Below are positions 53,999 through 62,810 of a DNA stretch of 62,810 nucleotides, in pieces. The position numbers were made by a program, and so were the translations under genes. Position 1 is the stretch's first letter, and each line of letters starts with the position of its first letter. The notes under the pieces are model-generated. The model ran no database searches. It was not told where the DNA came from and worked only from the letters and a program-made list of their open reading frames with translations. This DNA comes from Mizuhopecten yessoensis (Eukaryota). The stretch lies in contig NW_018408657.1 in NCBI RefSeq assembly GCF_002113885.1, positions 245,861 to 308,670 of the forward strand, written 5' to 3'.

Positions 53999-54226
53999 TA
54001 TTGCGACGCGAGATAACCGGAAACTGCCGACGGTTTCCGATTGCGAGGCGATATTTGACTTAATGCGGAACTAATGAAAAAAATATTTGTTTATAAACTA
54101 TTAATAATATAACTTCATGATTCATTATTTATACTAAAGATAAATATATGTATTTTTGTAAATTTACTCCATGCAATAAATTCTAAATGGGAAGCGTCTG
54201 AAAATACGAAACTCTGTTCTCTATAG

Positions 54227-54253
54227 TGACGTCAGCATTATGTGTATAGCAAC
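54227..54253 (+). promoter_or_regulatory. Candidate promoter: CRE (TGACGTCA) plus an RFX X-box-like half site (tagcaac)
   Basis: Motifs lie just upstream of gtaagt donors (54285, 54343) and the ATG exon acceptor (54521); motif matches alone are weak evidence. Confidence 0.35.
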
Positions 54254-54530
54254 CATAACTTGCTTGCTAGAGCGCGACACTACAGTAAGTTTCAGAGCGG
54301 GAAAGTTAAGTAGTTTGTTTTACATCCGAGACAAGTGCGTGTGTAAGTATGAAGGCCTATATCATATCATCTTTAACTGTGACGATTTATTATCGAACTG
54401 AACATGAGCTACTTCTGGAGTTTTATTTAATGTTTTACTTGACAGGCACGAAATCCGGATTTTACTATTCTGATCCGTTCTCACCATAAATTTGCTGCAA
54501 TATATTCTCTGCTTCCTTCAGGTGATAATC

Positions 54531-57500
54531 ATGGCGTCAGAAGATATATTTGATGCCCTTATACAGGATATGTGTACAATGGCAACTAGGAAGGCTTTTG
54601 AAGAAATTGAGGCTGGTAAGTAGTAAAGTACAGGAGTTAGGTTAAGTGTGGCCAATAGTCTATACTTCGCTTCATAAACATACAGAACCAATGAGGTTTT
54701 CTTTTTCTTTTCTTTTTATTTAACAGTTAAATGTTGGTGGGGATTTTTTTGTGATATAGGCCTAGGCCTATATGTACATTTCAAATAAACACAATGGACA
54801 TGGAAAGATCCATGCAGTTTTGCCTTCTAAGTTCTATAGTTTCTAACAGTACCATCACCGATTGTCATCTTGAAGAATAAATTAAGAAGAATCTTTGTTC
54901 AGTGGTAATGTAATCAATACAATAACAAACAACTTTTTATTTATATTTTCATACATCTACACGTTATATTACATCTTTATGCTTAATAAAAAATGTAAGT
55001 GCCTGAAAAATTGTATTGAAATGACAATTAACTTACTAAGTTATTGATACAATATGCATAAGCAATCTTAAGGCTGAGAGATGTATGGATTTATTACTTG
55101 TACTGTTTATCTTTCTCCAGAGGATCTGGCTGCTGTAAATGGTAGGCTTAAGCCAGCTGGACCTACTCCAGTACAGCTCTCTGTTTGGGGTAAGTGTCCA
55201 TGTTTCATAAATTAATATTGTATTGGGGGCCTAACTAGATTTGTAGTAGTATATATGGACTGTATCCTCAGCGTAAGTAAATAGAACTCCTACTGAAGTG
55301 AAACAAGGATCCTTTATCCATTGATTGGATTCTAGTGTAATATTGCAGAGAAAACTTCCATTACACTTTAATAGGGTCAAATGCTCACAGTTCTTGTTCC
55401 TGGAAATAAGTTTAATAAATTTTGCACGATCGACCCCATTTATACCCGATAGTCCTAGCTGTAATAAGGAAGACAACTAAATCATGGTTAAAATTTCACA
55501 CATTTTTCTAGATTACAATTATACTGTAGCAATATCAAAAAATCTGTGATGTAAATATAACAAAACAAAATTGTGTTGAAATTTTATAGAAAACAAACAG
55601 TAAGTTTAAGTAAGAAGAAACAATATTATGATGTTTGTGTGATATTTAACTTTCAAAAATCTGACACTGTTTGAACAGGGCGCTGGAAGCCAAATTTCCC
55701 CTTGCCATGTCCTCCTCCAGCTAACAGGACTGAAATGATGACCCCAAGGTGGGGAAAATTCCTCCCAGCACCAAAGACATGTAAGAATGGAGCTACTGAT
55801 ATAATCTATATAAGTTAATTGGATTAATAGCTATTAATTGTATATCCAAAATTAGATTAATCTTTGGTTTAATTCTGTTTCAATAATAAAACATGTGTCT
55901 TTACAATAGTAGATCGATTAATAATTAGAATCAACTGTTTCAAGTCATCAAAAGTTTCAATTCTGTATTATATGTCAGTGTTTTATTTATCACAGCCTTG
56001 AAGCAGTAGAAATAATCACACCTCAATTAGACAAAAGGAACAGGTGTGCATAGCTTCTCATGATGATAGAGTTTCAGGATTTTAGCCTATAGAAATTTCT
56101 TACACACTAAGAAATAAGAAAAGATATTTATCAATATTTGACACACAAATTTATAGGGGGTTGAAACCTGTCTAATCTGACATTCTGATGAAACAAAACA
56201 TTAATCAATAATATGTCAGGCAAAAAACACAGGATGTCAGATACACAGGATGTCAGATAAACAGGATGTCAGATACACAGGGTGTCAGATAAACAGAATG
56301 TCAGATACACAGGATGTCAGATACACAGGATGTCAGATAAACAGGATGTCAGATACACAGGATGTCAGATANNNNNACAGGATGTCAGATACACAGGATG
56401 TCAGATAAACAGGATGTCAGATACACAGGATGTCAGATACACAGATGTCAGATAAACAGATGTCAGATACACAGATGTCAGATACACAGGATGTCAGATA
56501 CACAGGATGTCAGTTAAACAGGATGTCAGATACACAGGATGTAAGATACATAGGATGTCAGATAAACAGGATGTCAGATACACAGGATGTCAGATACACA
56601 GATGTTATGTGATAGCTTTTATTAGAAATAGGAATACAACATTATAATGGCTTAGGCAGGAAGTCAGAATACCCAGGGGTCAGATTGCACTGTGCTAGTT
56701 TCTGACCAAGATTATGGTAATTCCTGCAGGTTATTCGATTACATCACCTCAGTTTTGTCTACATAGAAAATTTAGAATGAGTACAATTGAGTTAACTTTT
56801 TTCTGTGTTGAACAGTCTGTGATGTGGAGACCATGTATGAGCGAACTGTGTCCCTCACCAAACGCTGGCTACAGTGTGAACCTGAAATGGAGGACCAGGT
56901 ACTCCGCAGGAAACATGCAGAACGTGTCAATGTCTGGAGAAATCTTCTTATCACCAACAAAAATGGTAATTTGTTTAAGTCGGCACACAGGGTGTCTCAC
57001 TCTGAGTATAAATGTATTGTTACCTATCAGAACTATTAATATTATCGTCTCCGCTGTGTCCATCTGTCTGTCCAAAGTGTTTGTCCAGGTAATAGCATCT
57101 GACACACAGAATGGCAGGGCTGTGTGTTTAGATTACTTCTACATATTGGGGTGGTACTTCCAATGTCAAGGTTACACTGAGGTCAAAGGTCTAATACATT
57201 GTCTTAGCAATCTTTTTCAGGAGCATAGTTCATCAGTTGATTGTTGTTGTTTTTTATAAAATCTTCAAATATAGTTAATAATTTGGAAGTAGTAAATTTA
57301 AGATGATTTATATATTTTGTATACATGTTGTATCATTACACTTATGTCTTAACTTTGTGCTGTTAAACTGTATACTGTAATGACATCTGCTAATATTTAT
57401 TTTTTAAATTGTTTAAATGTCATCGAAGAGGAGGCAGGATTGTTTTAAATATCTATCGCTTTTTTTTCAGGAATAATTTGCCGTAACATTTTTGTGTGAG

Positions 57501-58156
57501 GTGATGTTAATTTGTTTTGTTGGATTCTCTTTTTCAGAAACCTTCCTTTCTGGTGTTTTTAAATACAAAACCACAAAGTCTCTACTAGACACCATCTGCC
57601 CAGTAAGTTACACCTCATAAAAACAATATATATCTGTAGTAAGAGGCTCAATGTTTGGTTATTACACCTCATAAAAACAATGTAGTAAGAGGCTCAATGT
57701 TTGGTTGACAACTGAGATGACCGTTATGCTTAATATTTACCTGGTTGCAAATTGAGTTGGGTCTGTAGTAAGAGGCTCAATATTTGATTGACAACTGAGC
57801 TGGGTCTGTAGTGCGAGGCTCAATATTTAGTTGGCACACTGAATGGGTATACGTACGGAGTTAATGGGGTCGGGGTAGTATCATTTTTCAGTGTTTCCCT
57901 TTATCCTCCTTCATCAAATAAAACATTAACTAATTTTGCATTTTATATTACAAAACAGACCAAGAAAACAAGGCTGGGCAACTCTTTCGAGGTGGTTGAT
58001 CTGAAGGACATCATCCCTGAGATTGTTGTTGACTTCGGTGAAGATGAGGTAGAGGTCCCCTCAGTGGTTGTCTGTGTAGATAACCCAGTGAAGCCACAGG
58101 GAAGCAACAAGAAGAAGCAGAGAAGGAGGAGATTCCTCTCCTGCTTTGGAAAGTGA
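54531..58156 (+). CDS. Uncharacterised 222-aa protein; join(54531..54615,55121..55189,55679..55780,56816..56965,57538..57602,57959..58156)
   Basis: Six exons with canonical acceptors and donors, phases 1,1,1,1,0, joining to a stop-free 669-nt frame: MASEDIFDALIQDMCTMATRKAFEEIEAEDLAAV...KKKQRRRRFLSCFGK*. Confidence 0.75.
56226..56605. repeat. 16-bp minisatellite (acacaggatgtcagat), about 23 copies, containing a 5-N gap
   Basis: Visible directly; true length uncertain because of the gap. Confidence 0.93.
57606..57835. repeat. Short dispersed direct repeats (tgtagtaagaggctcaatgtttggtt x4; ttacacctcataaaaacaat x2)
   Basis: Visible directly after the 57602 donor. Confidence 0.75.
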
Positions 58157-59836
58157 ACGAATTGAGCAACAAAATAATTATAAACAGTAAAACAGACATC
58201 TCCTATAACTGTTGATCTAGATATTGTGCAATATGAATATATATATTATATGAGATGATATAATGATTTTTTGAAAAATAAGTAAATTTTCCAATTTTCT
58301 TTAATTTTTGAAGTGAAGAGATAAGAATATGATATTTAACAACATTGCATCTTTGCTGCTCAGAGGTTATATAATTACTTGGTACTAAGTTATTGATTTT
58401 GAACTTTTTTTACATACACAGTCAACACAAGTTATTTCTGGGATGAGAGAATTTCTAAGATGTCCTTGTTTTTCTTAATCAAGAGTAATTTTAAAAAGAA
58501 ATACAATATTAGTCCAGTGCAAATCCGAAAATATAAAGAAACAATTTTCTTTTTTTAGAAAAATGAATGATTTGAAGCCCATAGAATTTCTAAATTAGAT
58601 AATTTTCAGATTTCAGGAAGATTTTAGTTTCTTTTTAACATAAACAAGATATCATTTAAGTCAAAATCTTGGTTACTTTTAACATCCATTTATTTTAGCT
58701 GACATTCAGATCATTTGTTTTTTTAAATTCTGCTATTCTCATTTCCATAATAATTGTATTGATCCTCTGTATAAACCAGTCTCCCATACCTGCATTTGTG
58801 GGTATTTGGGATAGTCTTTATGCATCTAAACATAATCAAATTTGGGTATTTCAGTTTTATCAAACCTGATATATGCAATGTATAAGTCAAGAACGTGAAT
58901 GCCTTAAACAAGTTCGTGTTTAAGGTGAAAACGTCAAGGTCAGGGATACTCTCAAACGAGTTTTGTGTTTTAGGGAGCCCTGGCCAACTTACGCAGTGTA
59001 TGTTCAAGTTTGATTTTTTTTAATCTTTTCCAAATTTTCCAGTTTTCCCCAAAAAAATTACTGCTTTTTGATATTCAGATATTCTCTATATCTCTTGTAA
59101 ATATTATGTTGCTCCTTTTTCAATTTAAAAACTATTTTTCTTGAATATTTATTGCCAACATTTTAATATACCTGGGGGGTATTTATAAATTTAAAAAATT
59201 CATACATATTTTAAAGTCTTTTTCAAACTAGATTTTTACAAATAAAATTCAAATAAACATACATGAATTAATTTATTATTAAGATATAGGCAAAACAATT
59301 AATATAGTTTCATATCTAAAATAAAATATTCACGTAGTTATTATATTTAAATAATATTTAAATCGATTTTGCTTTTCATAATGTTTTGATTTTTTTTTAA
59401 TGTTATAATGAATAGTATAAGTTCTAATCCTTGGACACTTAGTTATTCTTTACATTTTGATCATTAATGTTTCACTTCTAGTTTATAAAACATATCTTAC
59501 AAAGACTATTTCTACAGTTTTCCATAACTTTAGTACTGTTTCATGTTAATAACTGTCAACATGTTGAAATTTGATGCATTTTTTCCCAATGATCATCTTT
59601 ATGTACTGGTTTATGAAATTTATATCTATTTTTTCTACACAATACAAGGTCTTTATTGAGAAGATGTATATCACCCACTTTATGTGATTGTGATACTGTT
59701 GTTGAATTTGTTTGTTATATCATCTACATGGTACTTCATTTAATATTTACAATTTTACACCTTTTGAAGTTATTTTAACTTTGTATAACAAATCTCAATT
59801 CAAGCTATTTGTAAAACCCCATTTACTTGTTTATAG

Positions 59837-60035
59837 ATTTAATTTGTTTACCTTTGTTGCCATTAGATATAAAACATTTAGAATCAAAACTGGTTGTTCT
59901 TGTATTCAATTTCTGAGAAGATGGCTAATGCAAAATGGAAAGCAACAAAAAAATCATATGAAAGCGAGGTTCTATTTACCCAGCGTCAAAGTTAGCGTGG
60001 TTCAATACTGGAATCCCTTTTTCTGTCCGACTCGG
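59837..60035 (+). other. Candidate exon of an unidentified fourth gene
   Basis: acttgtttatag| acceptor, open frame ending ...QYWNPFFCPTR, cgg|gtgaga donor that is also unit 1 of the following array. Confidence 0.4.
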
Positions 60036-61727
60036 GTGAGAAGTTAGCTAGTCCAAGCTGCTTTTTCTGTCCGACTCAGGTGAGAGTTAGCTAGTCCAAG
60101 CTGTTTTTTCTGTCCGACTCAGGTTTGAGTTAGCTAGTCCAAGCTGCTTTTTCTGTCCGACTCGGGTAAGAATTATCTAGTCCAAGCTGCTTTTTCTGTC
60201 CGACTTGGGTGAGAATTAGCTAGTCCAAGCTGCTTTTTCTGTCCCGACTCTGGTCAGAGTTAGCTAGTCCAAGCTGCTTTTTCTGTCCCGACTCAGGTGA
60301 GAAGTTAGCTAGTCCAGGCTGCTTTTTCTGTCCGACTCGGGTGAGAAGTTAGCTAGTCCAAGCTGCTTTTTTTCTGTCCGACTCAGGTGAGAGTTAGCTA
60401 GGCCAAGGTGCTTTTTTCTGTCCGACACGGGTGAGAATTATCTAGTCCAAGCTGCTTTTTCTGTCCGACACGGGTGAGAGTTAGCTAGTCCAAGCTGTTT
60501 TTTTTGTCCGACTCAGGTGAGAGTTAGCCAGTCCAAGCTGCTTTTTCTGTCCCGCCTCTGGTCAGAGTTAGCTAGTCCAAGCTGCTTTTTTTGTCCGACT
60601 CAGGTGAGAGTTAGCTAGTACAAGCTGCTTTTTCTGTCCCGACTCAGGAGAGAGTTAGCTAGTCCAAGCTGCTTTTTTTGTCCCGACTCAGGTGAGAAGT
60701 TAGCTAGTCAAAGCTGCTTTTTCTGTCCGTCTTAGATGAGAGTCAGTTAGTCCAAGCTTCTTTTTCTGTCCGACTCGGGTGAGAAGTTAGCTAGTCCAAG
60801 CTTCTTTTTCTGTCCCGACTCAGGTGAGAGTTAGCTAGTACAAGCTGCTTTTTCTGTCCCGACTCTGGTCAGAGTTAGCTAGTCCAAGCTGCTTTTTTCT
60901 GTCCGACTCAGGTGAGAAGTTAGTTAGTCCAAGCTGCCTTTTCTGTCCGACTCAGGTGAGAAGTTAGTTAGTCCAAGCTGCCTTTTCTGTCCGACTCAGG
61001 TGAGAAGTTAGTTAGTCCAAGCTGCCTTTTCTGTCCGACTCAGGTGAGAAGTTAGCTAGTCAAAGCTGCTTTTTCTGTCCGTCTTAGATGAGAGTCAGTT
61101 AGTCCAAGCTTCTTTTTCTGTCCGACTCGGGTGAGAAGTTAGTTAGCCCAAGCTGCTTTTTCTGTCCGACTCGGGTGAGAAGTTAGCTAGTCCAAGCTGC
61201 CTTTTCTGTCCGACTCGGGTGAGAGTTAGCTAGTCAAAGCTGCTTTTTCTGTCCGACTTAGACGAGAGTCAGTTAGTCCAAGCTGCTTTTTCTGTCCGAC
61301 TCAGATGAGAGTCAGCTAGTCCAAGCTGCTTTTTCTGTTCGACTCAGATGAGAGTCAGTTAGTCAAAGCTGCTTTTTCTGTCCGACTTAGATGAGAGTCT
61401 GTTAGTCCAAGCTGCTTTTTCTGTCCGCCTCAGATGAGAGTCAGTTAGTCCAAGCTGCTTTTTCTGTACGACTCGGGTGAGAGTTAGCTAGTCCAAGCTG
61501 TTTTTTCTGTCCGCCTCAGGTTTGAGTTAGCTAGTCCAAGCTGCTTTTTTTCTGTCCGACTCAGGTGAGAGTCAGTTAGTCCAAGCTGCTTTTTCTGTAC
61601 GACTCGGGTGAGAGTTAGCTAGTCAAAGCTGCTTTTTCTGTCCGACTTAGATGAGAGTCAGTTAGTCCAAGCTGCTTTTTCTGTCCGACTTGGGTGAGAG
61701 TTAGCTAGTCCAAGCTGCTTTTTCCTG
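60018..61727 (+). repeat. ~43-45-bp minisatellite (ttttctgtccgactcag|gtgagagttagctagtccaagctgct), about 38 copies
   Basis: Visible directly; most proximal units keep a CAG|GTGAG or CGG|GTGAG donor motif. Confidence 0.95.
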
Positions 61728-62329
61728 TATTACTGCAGAGATTTCAATGAAACCTATTTTTGTAGAGTTATGTTCCTTTTCTTTGGCCCCAGTTGTTCAA
61801 ATGTCTAGTGGTCAGTGAAGCAAGCCCTTGTAACACCTCAATCTGACCAGTCTTAACCAATCTATAGCAGTGAAATGATGTCAGATGTTCTTGGTTTTGT
61901 TGTATTTATATCTGAAGTTTTCCCCTTATCACTGGTTAAGTCTAACCAACCTTTGAGCAAATATTTCCCCTCTCTGGCTTAGTTTGTAACACATGGATCA
62001 CAGTAACTGGATGTTTTATGGCAAATTTGTGATTCATATAAATGTGGATATCATGATTGGGTAGGAATCTCAATCTTTTTCGTGTCATGACCATGGAAGT
62101 AATTCTAGGGGTGGGGCCTTCCTCAGGGCTTATTCTGGTAGCATGGTGGTATTTGCTTCCTCCTACACAGCAACAGCAAATATGGTTAGAGGATGATTCT
62201 CAAATCTTTAACCATTAATGTCAAGGTAAACCTTTGACTGCAGCTAACTTTATGGTTGTCATCTATAAATTATCACGAAATTTCAATTAATTATTGGTCA
62301 CTTTGGATGACATTGTGTATAAATATCAG

Positions 62330-62810
62330 ACACAAAGAAACACTGCAGGTCAAAATCAATCACAATGAAACACTGCAGGTCAAAATCAATCACCAAGAAA
62401 ACACTGCAGGTCAAAATCAACTACAAAGAAAACACTGCAAGTCAAAATCAATCACAAAGAAACACTGCAGGTCAAAATCAATCACCAAGAAAACACTGCA
62501 GGTCAAAATCAACTACAAAGAAAACTCTGCAGGTCAAAATCAATCACAATGAAACACTGCAGGTCAAGATCAATCACAAAGAAAACACTGCAGGTCAAAA
62601 TCAACTACAAAGAAAACACTGCAGGTCAAAATCAATCACAAAGAAACACTGCAGGTTAAAATCACAAAGAAATACTGCAGGCCAAAATCAGCCACAAAGA
62701 AATACTGCAGGTCAATATCAATCTCTAAGAAACACTACAGGTCAATATCAATCACAAAGAAATAATGCAGGTCAAAATCAGCCAAAAAGAAATACTGCAG
62801 GTCAAAATCA
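62330..62810. repeat. 30-31-bp minisatellite (aaagaaacactgcaggtcaaaatcaatcac), at least 16 copies, running off the window
   Basis: Visible directly. Confidence 0.93.

Noticed and set aside
55996-56043. Extra exon in the uncharacterised gene
   Set aside because: Good acceptor but a weak donor and an immediate in-frame TAG in the required phase; the model is coherent without it. It could be a poison exon but that is unsupported.
62330-62810. Terminal 30-bp array as another splice-junction array (ctgcag|gtc)
   Set aside because: No polypyrimidine tract on +, a weak donor, and the array end lies outside the window, so no anchoring exon can be seen.

Overview
Eukaryotic, AT-rich animal genomic DNA, probably a bivalve mollusc (inferred from the repeat families only), with two N gaps (52438-52536, 56372-56376). 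It holds three spliced + strand genes that I reconstructed by hand with consistent GT-AG phases: a 10-coding-exon beta-secretase (BACE1-like, 502 aa, 772-26483), a 3-coding-exon lathosterol oxidase/sterol C5-desaturase (SC5D-like, 295 aa, 41627-45691) and an unrecognised 6-exon 222-aa gene (54531-58156). There is possibly one exon of a fourth gene near 60 kb. BACE intron 4 carries a near-intact 5.6-kb Ty3/Gypsy-type LTR retrotransposon with atypical CG...CG LTR ends, an apparent 3-bp TSD and an LADD reverse-transcriptase motif. The window also has RTE, CR1 and HERO-like LINE remnants, Helentron-type non-autonomous elements, MITEs and about 17 unrelated minisatellites. The most striking pattern is that four BACE arrays are tandem amplifications of the gene's own exon-intron junctions: three donor arrays and one 35-copy acceptor array. 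Real splice sites therefore sit beside tens of same-strand decoy copies. Most long ORFs in the supplied track are by-products of these repeats.
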